A stretch of 64,000 bases of DNA, taken from contig OZ024758.1 of the NCBI GenBank assembly GCA_964016885.1, forward strand, positions 27,156,001 through 27,220,000, written 5' to 3'. The DNA is from Eledone cirrhosa. Taxonomy: Eukaryota. Positions 1 through 12,607 of this stretch are shown here, piece by piece. The notes below the pieces were generated by a model, which did not search any database, was not told where the DNA came from, and saw only the letters and a program-made list of their open reading frames with translations. The translations under genes and the position numbers were made by a program. How positions within the stretch are numbered: position 1 is the first letter of the stretch; each line of letters begins with the position of its first letter.

Positions 1-1583
1 ACACAATCAAATTATATACCAGTAAACCATGCGTCTTGTATAGAAGATGCTTTTTTAAATTAATTTCTACTGGAGTCATAAGCGTATTGCTCCTATCATT
101 TTAGGGGTGCAGACATTCATAATTTTCTGACAAAAATGACTAAATGTTCCAACAGCTTTTTTTTTGGTGGAGCAGCTCCTCCCCCCTATCAATACGCCAC
201 TCTCTAATTGTTCTTGTTGCATGTCGACAGAAATTTCCTTTCATAGGATAACTCCTCCCACACTCATACATATGTATATATATCCAGAGAGAAATCAAAA
301 ACCGATGAGGCTACGCATAATTCTCACATCTACAATTATTATGCAAGAGAGTGTGCAACTTAGTGTAATCATTAGAATATTAATGAGTGTCTCACTGGGA
401 ATACAACTATTACAAATAGTCTTTCTCTTTCGAATAAAATTATTGCCTCAAAAAACGCAAAGGTTTTAAATATATTCAGATAGCAGTTGTACACTAATTG
501 CAACTAGTAGAGTAATAAAAGAATACAGAATAAAGAATAAAAGAATGAAATAATAAAAGAATAAAGAATTTAAAAAATGAAAGAATAAAAAATGAAAGAA
601 TAATTTATGTACGAACATCATCTTTCAGACACAGGCTCAGTATTTCTTAAATGCAGAAATGAATAAAGCTACAAAAATAAAGAGTTAACCAGAAAGTTCT
701 TTATTTCAAGATATGAAGAAAAAGGTAGTGGTAAAATAGCTCAGTGGTCGAGAAAAATTAATCGCCTAATCTGTAGTTCTTTTACAAAGAAGAAGAAGAA
801 GAAGAAGAAAGCATCTAATACTAAAAATTATAGAGTAAAAATAATGTCTGTAGTATATACTGATTACAACATATGAGATGGGAAAATACAAATAAAATAG
901 TTTAGAAAGAATGGAAGTTATAACTCAAAAGAAAATGGCGAATGAGGAGGAAGAGAAGATGAAACACGTTATACAAGTGTGTGAAAGACGTTGATGAAGA
1001 ACTGGGACTAAAGTGAAGCATTAACATTTGCTTGAATAACCAGTTTTATCACATCTCTCGTTAGATCGACAATATCTAACGATAAAATCAACAGCCATTA
1101 CTATAGCAATTCCAATAGCAACAAACATGTCTTCATAAAAAAGATATATGTAGCATAACGTTTCACCTTACAATTGCATCTAAAAAGACGTCAATAAATC
1201 AGGAAATATATGAGCACGGGCGGGAAAAAATAAAAAAAAGGACACTTCTGTATACGTTCTTGTATCTTTCTATCTAGTGAATGTGTTAAAGATAGGTTTG
1301 TATGAATGTATGTATGCACCAATGTGTTCAGATGATAGCTAAGGTTATGAGTATAAGCCTATTACAAATTATAAATATACTCGGCTGAATCCACATGTCA
1401 AGTCAGAATGATAAATGTGTATACCCACAACCTACTACCTGAGATTAATGAGTTACGAATATTTCTTATACTATAAATACTAGCCTTGAATTGCATCTGG
1501 TATAAATTCATCAGAGTAAAGTGCCTGTCATATTTCCAGACACAATCAAATCATATACCTTCTGTTTTGAAGGCCAAATGAAA

Positions 1584-1623
<40 letters not shown>

Positions 1624-1627
1624 ATAA

Positions 1628-1955
1628 AAAATCAAAAGATGGTTAAAAGAGTTCCATGTATTTTGTGACTTCGAAGTTTCTGTTTGGTTACTTCATCTGT
1701 GATGCGCTTCTGTATATGTACGGCAACTCTCAAAATGTAGATGCAGTCATCATACACACAAACACACACATATATACTATATATATATATAGAGTGTCCA
1801 CCCAAAATGTATACACATATTTATTAGAATACTTTTAAAACTCTTTTAACCATTTTTTGATTTTATATTATTTATACTCCAGTCCTATAAACTGTTGAGT
1901 GCTACTTATCCGATATATGCATTGCTTTATTGTGCTACAATAAAACTCACCTCCT

Positions 1956-1958
<3 letters not shown>
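1628..1958 (+). mobile_element. Penelope-like fold-back fragment (family A) in (TA)n, with captured spacer
   Basis: Arms atcaaaagatggttaaaagagtt / aactcttttaaccattttttga; same tail as 2809-2900, 26131-26225 and 47270-47640; (TA)n on both sides. Confidence 0.7.
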
Positions 1959-2001
<43 letters not shown>

Positions 2002-2157
2002 GTATCCACTGTAAGTTGTGGGGTCTATTCTGTATGAAGAACTCAATGTAATCCATATGTTGAAAATGTTGTAGGTTAAGATAAATCTCAGAAAACAATA
2101 AAACATTAAAAGGAAAACAGAGTCATGATATAAGTTAAAACAATGAAATAAAAAATG

Positions 2158-2210
<53 letters not shown>

Positions 2211-2339
2211 GAGGTTATATTTAATTTGTTGGGATACAACAAGCAAATATTTTTATAACTGATATAAAGCACTCAACAAATTTTTGGAGTAAACATACAA
2301 TATATTAACAAATGGAAACTATATTTATAAAATCATATT

Positions 2340-2404
2340 TATTTCATTATACATATTTCAAGGACACCAAAGCAGATTATGGTGCGCTTTCATCAGATAA
2401 AATA
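2340..2404 (-). ncRNA. Type I hammerhead ribozyme (left arm)
   Basis: Near reverse complement of 2543-2607; tcatcag core at 2390-2396. Confidence 0.8.
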
Positions 2405-2542
2405 TAATATGGATCAGTTTTATAAACAAATATTGACATACCCTTAAAGAATGCGACCATATCGGTTGGCTATCCGGGAGCTTCCAATGGTCGCATTTTT
2501 TAAGGGTATGTCAATATTTGTTTATATAACTAATTCATATTA

Positions 2543-2607
2543 TATTTTATCTGATGAAAGCGCACCATAATTTGCTTTGGTGTCCTTGAAATATGTATAA
2601 TGAAATA
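2543..2607 (+). ncRNA. Type I hammerhead ribozyme
   Basis: TATTTTAT-CTGATGA-[AAGCGCACCA..TGGTGTCCTT]-GAA-ATATGTAT-A-ATGAAATA; stems I and II pair, stem III is near-palindromic. Confidence 0.8.
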
Positions 2608-2645
2608 AATATGGTTTTATAAATATAGTTTCCATTTGTTAATAT

Positions 2646-2676
<31 letters not shown>

Positions 2677-2750
2677 AAGTAGAAGGGATATTTAATTTGT
2701 TGGAAATTCAACAAATATAAATGTTTATAACTGAATCAAAGCACTCGACT

Positions 2751-2808
<58 letters not shown>

Positions 2809-2810
<2 letters not shown>

Positions 2811-3144
2811 GTAGGAGGTGAGTTTTATTGTAGTACAATAAAGCAATGCAGATATCGGATAAGAAGCACTCTACAGTTTGTAGGACTGGAGTATACATAA
2901 TATATAAGATCAAAAGATGGTTAAAAGAGTTCCATGTATTTTATTATGCGCATTTCAAAAACAAATATCATCATGCAATAACATATGTTGATTTAAAACT
3001 GCACTATCCACAAGTGTTTTTTAACCTTCATATCATGTCTTCCTATTTTATCTGATGAAAACACAAATGTTATTGCATGATGATATTTGTTTTTGAAATG
3101 CGCATAATAAAATACATGGAACTCTTTTAACCATCTTTTGATCT

Positions 3145-3153
<9 letters not shown>
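2809..3153. mobile_element. Penelope-like fold-back element (family A)
   Basis: Arms ~2897-2984 / 3067-3153, tail at 2809-2896, (TA)n flanks. Confidence 0.8.
3044..3114 (+). ncRNA. Type I hammerhead ribozyme
   Basis: TATTTTAT-CTGATGA-long stem II-GAA-ATGCGCAT-A-ATAAAATA; perfect 8-bp stem I and perfect palindromic stem III. Confidence 0.85.
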
Positions 3154-3186
<33 letters not shown>

Positions 3187-3192
<6 letters not shown>

Positions 3193-3272
3193 TTACACTT
3201 TACTCACAAGTACTGAGTGATCACTCAATGCACGATCACTCAATACTTGTGAGTAGAGTGTAACATTTTATA
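3187..3272. repeat. Small fold-back next to (TA)n
   Basis: ttacactttactcacaagtactgagtgatc / gatcactcaatacttgtgagtagagtgtaa. Confidence 0.7.
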
Positions 3273-3417
3273 AGTAGAAAAGTGGCAGTGACTTCGAAGT
3301 TTCTCTTTGGTTACTTCATCTGTGTGATGCGCTTGTGTATGTGTACGGCAACTCTCGAAATATAGATGCAGTCATCAAACACACAAACACACACATATAT
3401 ACAATATATATATATAT

Positions 3418-3494
3418 AGAGTGTCCACCCAAAATGTATACACATTTATTAGAATACTTTTGAAGTATGTATACATTTTTAGGGGGACATCCTG
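3418..3494. mobile_element. Tc1/mariner-type MITE (CAGGGTGTCC family), diverged
   Basis: gagtgtccacccaaaatgtatacac ... gtatacatttttagggggacatcctg. Confidence 0.55.
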
Positions 3495-4310
3495 CTCATG
3501 TAACCCACCTGTAACACGTGGTTTAGTTATATAGGCAAGTATTCTCTTTGGCTAGTTTCGGTAGAGGTTTCAATCGATTCATTGGAAAAATTCAATAAAT
3601 GAATGATTTAGTATTTGATTGTGCGTTTTGAGTGTCATGATTTCATGAAAAGAAGTGATTTGTTTCACATATATAATACCATTACATGAATTGTGTTGTC
3701 ACCGTAAATGTTATTGTTAGTTAATAAACAACTTTAAATATTTGTTTAATTACTTTATTATTTATTGTATTTTGTTGAAATGTAACGTTTTCCTGTTTAT
3801 TAAAAACTTTTACTTTCGTTTACAGACTCATTTTATCGATCTTTATCGAACGCATGAGTTCATCTACTGTTTTACGACCATTTAGGGACTTACTTCCTAT
3901 TAAGTAATAAAAAATCCAAGAATTTACATCGGTTTGCACTGATAAACAAACTCTGAAACTCATAATCACATGCGTACACATAAGATACAACATACGTAAT
4001 ACATACACAGACGTGTGTATGTGTGTGGCTATTTATGTATACGACAAGCTTCTTCAACATTTCCGTCTACTAAATTTCATTCAGCCATTGGTGAATCTTC
4101 GGTTAACGAGAAAGGCTCTTGTCCAAGATGCTGTGTGGTGGGATCTTTTGTACTCCAGGTACTAAACAAAGTTCCAACTATTGCACTATGCAGCGGTTCG
4201 CACTGCTAGAAATAGCAACCAACCCATACCTCTCCTATACACATCCCAACTAATGGCACACTGTATTAAAAAAGAATAGAGACATTGGATACTGCAGTCA
4301 TAGAATATAC

Positions 4311-4670
4311 CAGGCCTGTCAACTCTCCCTGTCCGACGGGGAGCTCTCCCACCCACTTTCAGCTGAGTGAGAAATGTCTTCTCTTGTGAGAATGGGGACA
4401 GCTTTCATTATGTTGGCAGTATCGGTGGAGGGTCGGACGCCATGCTTTCCAGCATAGTTACGTCCCTTTACGATCTGAGTTCAAATCCCGCCGAGGTTGA
4501 CTTTGCCTTTCATCCTTACGGGGTCGATAAAATAAAGTACCAGTAATGCACTGGGTAATTGCTGGCCTTGTGCCTAAAGTAGAAACAATTATGTAAAACG
4601 TCCCCCTTTTGCCTCATTTCTCCCCCTTTTGCCTCATTTCTCCCCATTTTGGGGCAATTTTAAAATAAAA
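4311..4670 (+). mobile_element. hAT-like MITE fragment interrupted by a SINE
   Basis: Starts caggcctgtcaac; homologous to the reverse complement of 7884-8081. Confidence 0.55.
4413..4591 (+). mobile_element. tRNA-derived SINE (main family)
   Basis: A box TGGCAGTATCGG, B box GAGTTCAAATCC, core GCCTTTCATCCTTACGGGGTCGATAAA, tail GAAACAATTA; TSD attatgt. Confidence 0.9.
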
Positions 4671-4918
4671 AAAAAAAGACAAAATTCCAACCGATTGGCG
4701 AATCTCGATAGATGGAAACAATGTAAAGAAGTTATTAATTCATTTACTTTCAGGTCCCAAATAATGGGGAGGGGATAAGTGGTGGTGGTGATGGACATTT
4801 ACTTAAATTCTTATAAGCGGGTGGTTGGAATAAACGAGGGGGGAGGGGTCGGTAATTGTATAGTGTACGTTCGTAAATATGGGATTTATTGTAATGTTCC
4901 TTTTTATTTTTGTCATAT

Positions 4919-5109
4919 ATAATTGTTTCTACTTTAGGCACAAGGCCAGCAATTACCCAATACATTACTGGTACTTTATTTTATCGACCCAGTAAGGATG
5001 AAAGGCAAAGTTAACCTCGACGGGATTTGAACTCAGACCGTAAAAGGGACGTAACTATGCTGGAAAGCATGGCGTCCGACCCTCTACCGATACTGCCAAT
5101 CCACCGCCC
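4919..5109 (-). mobile_element. tRNA-derived SINE
   Basis: Full length; TSD tgtcatatataat. Confidence 0.9.
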
Positions 5110-5270
5110 TGTCATATATAATGTGTTTTTTTTAATGTAAAATAAAATTATTGATTCTCCAGCTGCTGTATCAATATGAATCACAATAAAATTTCGCTGG
5201 AGATAGATTAGCAAAATTTAATAAGCCTGGGGGATGGGTGTAATAAAAGCGAGTTTGATCTGAAAAATTA

Positions 5271-5409
5271 ATAATTGTTTCTACTTTTGGCACAAGGCCA
5301 GCAAATACCCAATGCATTACTGGTACTTTATTCTATCGACCCCGGAAGAATAAAGTACCAGTAATGCATTGGGTAATTGCTGGCCTTGTGCCAAAAGTAG
5401 AAACAATTA
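5271..5409. mobile_element. Inverted pair of SINE 3' ends (hairpin)
   Basis: Two ~65-bp SINE tails facing outward; aattaataat on both sides. Confidence 0.85.
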
Positions 5410-5437
5410 ATAATGAGTATTTTTCATTGGTTATATA

Positions 5438-5514
5438 CAGGGTGTCCTCAAAAATGTATACACATGTCAACAGTGTTCTAATGAATATGCGTATATATTT
5501 TTTGGGGACACCCT
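5438..5514. mobile_element. Tc1/mariner-type MITE
   Basis: TA-CAGGGTGTCC...GGACACCCTA-TA. Confidence 0.7.
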
Positions 5515-5725
5515 ATATATAGTTTTTCTTTTTGTCTGTGTAACTCAAAATATGATAGATGGACAGAAAGGAAAACATTGTTCTTCGAAAAGCAGACCTC
5601 GACCGGGAAGTTTGCGGCGAGAAATGGAATTGCGCTAAATTCACCCAGCCTGCTTCAAAACTGATTTAACTCCCAGTAATTTGGCCGACATGCAGCGGGA
5701 TCAAACATGAAACTAAGCCCAGTTA

Positions 5726-6100
5726 ATAATGATTTCTCGTATAGGCACAAGGCCAGCAATTATCCCAGTGCATTACTAGTACTTTATTTTATCGACCCCG
5801 TAAGGATGAAAGGCAAAGTTAACCTCGGCGGGATTTGAAATCAGAAGGTAAAGGACCGTAACTCTATGATGTAAAGAATGGCGTCTGACCCTCTACCGAT
5901 GAAATAAACTTATCATCTCCTCCTCCTCCTACACACACATCATCTCACAAATTCAGTATATTTTCATATATAATTGTTTCTACGTTAGGCACAAGGCCAG
6001 CAAATTACCCAGTACATTACTGGTACTTTATTCTATCGACCCCGTAAGGATGAAAGGCAAAGTCAACCTCGGCGGGATTTGAACTCAGATCGTAAAGGGA
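5726..6100 (-). mobile_element. Two tRNA-SINE copies (5726-5900, 5969-6100)
   Basis: Family consensus, 5'-truncated. Confidence 0.85.
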
Positions 6101-6318
6101 CCCTTTACCATTTACATTACTCTACATATACTATTGTATTTTTATGGTAAAGGCTTTATCTTACATAATTATCTCACATATTGAATCTACGAGATTTTGA
6201 TATTTATTTTAAGAACAGTACCCCAACACCAGCATGAGCGGCCGGTTACGGCCGATTTAAACAGAAAGGGATGATAGAATTCTAGCCGGATACAGTCGGT
6301 TTAAATGCTAAGGCGGTT
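6101..6318. mobile_element. piggyBac-like MITE
   Basis: Homologous to 46562-46788. Confidence 0.6.
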
Positions 6319-6327
6319 ATATTATTT

Positions 6328-6508
6328 TTGGCAGTATCGGTAGAGGGTCGGATGCCATGCTTTGAAGCATAGAGTTACCTCCCTGTATGATCTGAGTTCA
6401 AATCCCGCCGAGGTTAACTTTGCCTTTCATCCTTCCGGGGTCGATAGAATAAAGTACCAGTAATGCATTGGGTAATTGCTGGCCTTGTGCCAAAAGTAGA
6501 AACAATTA
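6328..6508 (+). mobile_element. tRNA-derived SINE
   Basis: Family consensus; TSD attattttt. Confidence 0.9.
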
Positions 6509-6653
6509 TTTTTATTTTCTATATTTTCACGTTTTCAGGCTTTGATAATCTTCTAAGTTATATAAGAATTATGTAACCTATATAAATATAACTATCATAT
6601 ACGTAATATTTTTAAACCGAAAGAAAAATAAATCGAAGGTTTGGTTAAATATA

Positions 6654-6754
6654 CAGCGTGTTCCCCAAAAATGTATACACACTTCAACAGCATTCTAATA
6701 AATATTGCCTGTACAGGTAATCAAAGTGTGTATACTTCTTTGGGCGACACCCAG
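6654..6754. mobile_element. Tc1/mariner-type MITE
   Basis: Same family as 26264-26363; TA flanks. Confidence 0.65.
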
Positions 6755-7061
6755 TATTTCGGTAAGTATAAATCAAATAGTAATTCGGGTTGCTTGAGTC
6801 AGAGTTATAATGGAAATATCCAACTAGAATTATGAAAGAAAGGGGAAAAAGAAAGACACGGCCAATGAAGAGAAAGACATCAAAGACAATGAGCTAAAAT
6901 ACAAAAGTCTGTATAATTACACTGTGACAAAATACAAGGTGGAGGCCGCCACATTTCTAAAGATTGTCCTGTGGCAAGAAAGGAAATTAGGAAAAAGAAT
7001 ACATACTAGGTGAAGAAACATAAAAACCTTGCTGCGATCAGTGAGAAAGAATATTGTATTT

Positions 7062-7197
7062 GGTAAAGCGGAAGTGGGTAATGTGGGAGGGGGTAAAGCG
7101 GAAGTGGGTAATGTGGGAGGGGGTAAAGCGGAAGTGGGTAATGTGGGAGGGGATAAAGCGGAAGGGGGTAATGTGGGAGGGGGTAATGTGGAAGTGG
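7062..7197 (+). repeat. 30-bp minisatellite, ~4.5 copies
   Basis: ggtaaagcggaagtgggtaatgtgggaggg repeated. Confidence 0.9.
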
Positions 7198-7883
7198 ATG
7201 AAGCAGGGCGGAAGAAGGTAGAATGGTGGTTTGCAGCCAAAAAGAGCGAACTAAGGGAGATAAGCGATATACGTGTGGGGAAGGTGTAAATTAATCTGTG
7301 TGCGTATATTCTATTATGTGTGTGAGAGAGAAGTAAAATATGTGTAGATTGTGTCTGCGTGACGAAATATGTGAACACGGCGTAGTATTGTGTGTGAGAA
7401 GCAAAGTATATATGTGTGTGAGCTGGGAGATAGGTGTGGGTGGTGTATAAAGCAGTGGGGGGGGGGGAGGTTTAACTGAGCATGATAGCTTGTGTTGTGG
7501 GTAGCGCAGTGGTGGTGAAGTGCACAGGAGGGTGTTTATCGCTGTGGGCGGGCGGTTGTTTTCTTTGGGAAGGCAGTGTTTTTAGAGAAAAACAACTCGA
7601 TTATTAATCCCAGCTGGGCTTAGTTGTGCCTAACCAAAAAAAAAAAAAAAAAAAAATTATTCGTGATGCAAGCGGCAAAGAAAAGCTTTGTGGTGTTGTA
7701 CAATATTACAAACGGTGAGAATTTGTATGTTGTAGATCAATCTATTTAAAGAACTAAGAAATTTGATATTGGTTATCCATTTCCTTTATTCCAATTATGT
7801 ATTCCCTCCGTTTCTCTCATCCACAAACTACTTAGAAGCTATATTTTGATTGTGTAGCATAAATCTTTCAAATCTGGTGAATC

Positions 7884-8081
7884 CAGATCTGCCAACCTTT
7901 AAAAAAACCCAAACGGGGAGTACCATGAAAAAAAACTGCCCCAAAAAGGGGAAAAATGAGGCAAAATGGGGAGATTTTACACAATGAAAGCTATACCCAT
8001 TTTCACAAGAGAAGACATCTCTTACCCACCCCAAAGTGGGTGGGAGGTCTCCCCGTCAGACGGGGGGAGTTGACAGGTCTG
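7884..8081. mobile_element. hAT-like MITE with 6-bp TSD
   Basis: TIRs cagatctgccaac / gttgacaggtctg; TGAATC directly on both sides. Confidence 0.75.
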
Positions 8082-8194
8082 TGAATCTCGGTTGTTTCTG
8101 ACATCGAATGCTCCAGTTGAGCCAAATAAACGGAACTGTCACTTCTTGAAACTAACGTGTAAGTGGCTGGGCAGTCTACTGATACATACACCTT

Positions 8195-8408
8195 TAATTT
8201 AGTTCTCAGGGATATTCAGAGTCACACGGTATGTGACAAGGCTGGCATGCTGAATTACAGGTACAACTCATTTTTGCTAGTCGAGTGGACTGGAGCCAAG
8301 TGAAATAAGCGTTTTGATCAAGGAGACAACGTGCCGTCCGGTCCGGGAATCGAACTCGCGGCCTTACGATCTTGAGCCGAATACTTCTAACCACAAAGCC
8401 ACGTGCCT
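8195..8408 (-). mobile_element. CORE-type tRNA SINE (second family)
   Basis: tRNA head ggctttgtggttag...gagttcgattccc and core-like tccttgatcaaaacgcttatttcacttggctccagtccactc. Confidence 0.7.
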
Positions 8409-8700
8409 GAAAGTTATTTTGTTACATATATAATTTTCACTTTCTAATTTACATAATTCAAAATATTTCTACGCTATTTTGTGTGTGTGTGTGTGTGTGT
8501 GTGGTTAGGAATGCTCAGTCACTTATACGTTAATTTCAAGAACCGACAGTTCCGTTGATTGAGGGCCCTTCCCCCACCACCCTTTCAGGAATAAGTGGGC
8601 GAAGAAAAAGAAGAAAGAAGTGGGGTTAGGAAGGACCCAGTGTAGCAATACTGGCGAAGAAATCTAATACAATCTCCTCTTGATATTTCATTTTCCCCAA

Positions 8701-8860
8701 GGTCGGAGATTGGTAGAGCGTCGGACAACATGCTTTATGACATAGGGTTACGTCCCTTTTACGATCTGAGTTCAAATCCTGCCGAAGTTAGCTTTGCCTT
8801 TCATCCTTACGGAGTCGATAAAATAAAGTACCAGTAATGCAATGGAGTTGATTTAATCGG
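8701..8860 (+). mobile_element. Older tRNA-SINE copy
   Basis: Diverged family core. Confidence 0.7.
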
Positions 8861-9340
8861 ATAGATTGTCAAATGTATGAACGAATGAAAGAAACGGATA
8901 GACGTATATTTGAGGGACAGAAAAAAGCAGATGGATGGATTATCAAATACTTCTGTTTAGAGAAGTGAAACGCTGTTAATTTGGGCTTTCAAAGTATATA
9001 TTGTGAAAGAGGAGTTCAGTCACACACCAGTGAACAAACACATTATTAGAATAGTCACGCATATAAAACTCCCATTTACATAGATATAGAGCTAGAATGA
9101 AATACGTTTATAAAGAGTAGGATTTATACTGTCATGTAGAGCAAGACAATTTAATTAATTCTACTGTATGTCATGTAAAAATGTTCTGTTAGTTATTTCT
9201 TAATTCTTCTTTTGTTGCTTCACCTGGAATATTTGGAATGTTTTCTCTCAAGTGATACAACAAACCATACAAGAAACACCACATAAGTGAAGACAGCTCT
9301 AAAATATCTTGTATTTTGCTGTTATGAAGATCTAATTTGA

Positions 9341-9545
9341 GGGCGGTGGATTCTCAAAATCGTTAGAGCGCCGGTCAAAATATTTCATAGTATTTGATCA
9401 CGGCGCTTCAACTTCTGAGTTCAAGCCTCTCCAGGTCCAATTTTACCTTTCATCCATCCGGAGTCGATAAAATAAAGTACCAAAAACCAACTGGCGTTGA
9501 TTTAATTGACTCTCCACTTCCCTTGTGCCTAAATTAGAGGCCATT
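9341..9545 (+). mobile_element. Older tRNA-SINE copy (long-tail subfamily)
   Basis: Diverged head, core and tail. Confidence 0.7.
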
Positions 9546-9706
9546 TTGGACACTAAAATGTCTTTTTTTTTTTTACTTTATTCCAAGCCTAGAAGAAGTC
9601 GATTATACAAATCAAATAAATAACATTAGTTTCAAGGCCAATAATTTGGGAGAGGGGATGAACGTCGATTAAATCGGCCACTGGGATTTGAACACAACCC
9701 AAAGAA

Positions 9707-9900
9707 ATAATTGTTTCTACTATAGGCAGAAGGCCAGCAATTATCCCAGTGTATTACTGGTACTTTATTTTATCGACCCCGTAAGGATGAAAGGTAAAGT
9801 TAACCTCGGCGGGATTTGAACTCAGAATGGCAAAGGGCCGTAACTCTATGCTAGAAAGCATGGCTCTCCGACCCTCTACCGATACTGCCAATCCACCGCC
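9707..9900 (-). mobile_element. tRNA-derived SINE
   Basis: Full length; TSD cccaaagaaataat. Confidence 0.9.
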
Positions 9901-10126
9901 CCAAAGAAATAATAATGGTTTCTCATATTCATACAATTCTTTGTTATTTGGTCGAGGTGATTGGACAGTATCGAAATATTCTTTGGCACACCAAGACTGG
10001 GAAGATCGATACAGCTGAGCTTTTATGTTGTTGTATGTAGGGAAGTCATGGTTAGGGGGTGATTTCTAGAAAGTTTCACTTCTGTTAAAAAACAATAAGG
10101 CTAATTATTAAGTACATGGCTTAGGG

Positions 10127-10421
10127 TAGAGGTCCCCAGCCGCCGGGTCGCGGACCGGTAGTGGTCTGTGGACCATTTGCGACCGGGTCGCAAAGAAATA
10201 ATTAACTTGCTTAAAATTATATAATAGATAAATTGAATATTGGACTTTAAATTTAAAAAGATTTGTTGAAATATTCAATATTCGTCTACTTTAATGAATT
10301 GCTCTTTTTATTATTGATCTCTTTATCGAAATACACTTAAATAACAGATATGTGCAACTACCGGTCAGCGGAAAGGTTGTCCGGCATGAAGCCGTGGTAT
10401 AAAAAAGGTTGGACACCATTG
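10127..10421. mobile_element. hAT/Charlie (MER1-like) MITE
   Basis: agaggtccccagccgccgggtcgcggaccggta ... aaaaaggttggacaccattg; 8-bp TSD gcttaggg/gcttagag. Confidence 0.65.
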
Positions 10422-12270
10422 GCTTAGAGAGTGAAATAATCAAATGACTTATTTTTAGGGACTAGATATAGTGTTGAACGTGTCTATATGTGCCGTAGTA
10501 GACATGTGAACATTACTTTCTGTGGATCATACTTGCTTCGTTTGAAGACAAGCAGCTGTTCAATGTTAAAGTAGTTTCTTTACATAGAAAGGACGCCGAA
10601 TCTTTGGAGGTGAACTTTTGACTGTATTTTATATAGATGCGTGTGTGTTTGTAAAGAAAGATCATCAGAGATTGTGAATTCGAGCATTAATAAATCTTGT
10701 GATATGTTTAGTTGTGTGTTATTTTCATGTAATTTTGTTGTTGATGATGTTAGATCTTGGGTCAACTCAGATCGAGCAAACCTATAACAAACATTCCATT
10801 TTTAGGGGGGAGGGGGGTATAGCAAAGACTATATTATTTAATTATCATTTGCCATTTTTAAAATGATAATTTTAGGGAGGTTTGGCTGTTATTTCTAACA
10901 AGTTAAGTGATTATTTAGATGCTGTCTATTTGACTTATGTGGATATGTTTTTTGATATGTGAAGTGAAGAGATCAAATTTTCATACCCTTATTGAAAGAT
11001 GTTTTCTAGATTACTGTGAATAGAAGTAGCGTATGTCACGTGTGAGTGTGTCACATGTTGTGGAATACACCTATTTGCAAAAGATCATCACAAGTGAAAG
11101 ATAATATCATCCCGTATCGGATTGTGTGTGGTTAGAGGTACAGGGTTAGGTCGTTAACATACAGAAGGAATAACGCAACATAATAAATTGGTGTGCTCCA
11201 GCATGGCCTCATCCCATCGACGTGAATATGTAAAATATAATGTGGAGGAAGAGAGGACACTTTGAACACACGTTGTGATGGAATGGGCTAACAGGGGTCG
11301 ATAAAATAAAGTATCAGTCAAAACTGGGGCGGATATAATCGGCTTGTCTCTTCTTCAAATATCTGGCCTTATTTGTTCATCTCTTCAAAGTGACCTTGAC
11401 ACATTTTACAAAACAAATTCCTGTCAATTTCTCTACTGAATCCGCAACTTCATCTGCGATCTCTAAATCACTCATTTATGTCTAATTAATATGTTTATGG
11501 AAGAGACTATTTTGCCGGTCTCGGTAAAGTAAACTTCCAGGCTATTTTACCGGTAAGAGTGTCAGACACGATGCTTTGCAGCATAAAGTTGCGGCCATTT
11601 ATGGTCTGAGGTCAAATCCCGCCCACGTTAGCTTTGTCTTTCACCATTATGGGGTCAATAAAATAAAGCACCAGCACTGAATTTCTAATTATTTTTCTTT
11701 CAGCTTCTTACACTAAATTTCCCCACTGACCCCTCATAAACCCTGTTTCAATGTGATCAATTTATATTCAACTGATCATTTCTTCACTATCACTAAATAT
11801 CGTTTCCATTTTATTATTTGTTTTACTAGTTGTTAGTAAAGAGTGTAGTTTTGTTTGTGTTTGCACGAGACACGCATCACCACGTGATCGATAGGCTTCA
11901 ATAGATTAACGATCTTTTGTTCGATTTTGCAGACCCATAATTAATTGTACTTTTACTATTATTTTGTCTTTATATCTTTAGTACCACCAAGATAATGCTT
12001 TATAATCGTTGCTAGGGCATGTAGACAAGCGTTAATTTACCAACATGTTTAGGTATTAATTTGTCGTAAATATTCACACATATACGTATGTATGTATGTA
12101 TGTATGTATGTATGTATGTATGTATGTATGTGTGTGTGTGTGTGTGTGTATGTGTGTGAGTGTATGTATGTATGTATGTATGTATGTATGTATGTGGGAT
12201 TGGCTCAGTGCACAGTCTTTCCTCACTTTCAAAAATATCTTCACGCACAGGCATTTCACGATAGAATTAA

Positions 12271-12458
12271 TTAATTGTTTCTACTTTAGGCACAAGGCCA
12301 GCAATTACCCAGTGCATTACTGGTACTTTATTTTATCGACCCCGTAAGGATGAAAGGCAAAGTCAACCTCGGCGGGATTTGAACTCAGATCGTAAAGGGA
12401 CGTAACTATGCTGGAAAGCATGGCGTCCGACCCTCTACCGATACTGCCAATCCACCAC
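12271..12458 (-). mobile_element. tRNA-derived SINE nested in an RTE-derived element
   Basis: TSD cgatagaattaattaat. Confidence 0.9.
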
Positions 12459-12607
12459 GATAGAATTAATTAATAATGATTAATAATGGTATATCGTGCA
12501 ATGGCCATACTCGATAACGAGGGGGCAGCCATCATCATGTATGTATGTGTGTGCGTGCGTGCGAGTATATATATGTATGTATGTGTATATGTATGTATGT
12601 GTGTATC

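Larger units (their letters stand above)
2208..2652. mobile_element. Penelope-like fold-back element (family B)
   Basis: Inverted arms ~2297-2460 / 2487-2652; the left arm continues into a tail; (TA)n flanks; hammerhead in each arm. Confidence 0.8.

Noticed and set aside
6917-7378. Pro-rich and Gly-rich ORFs
   Set aside because: Produced by a 30-bp minisatellite; no domain or splice support
10588-10609. Possible 22-nt micro-exon (tacatag|...GAG|gtgaac)
   Set aside because: Splice-like signals alone; no partner exons or homology
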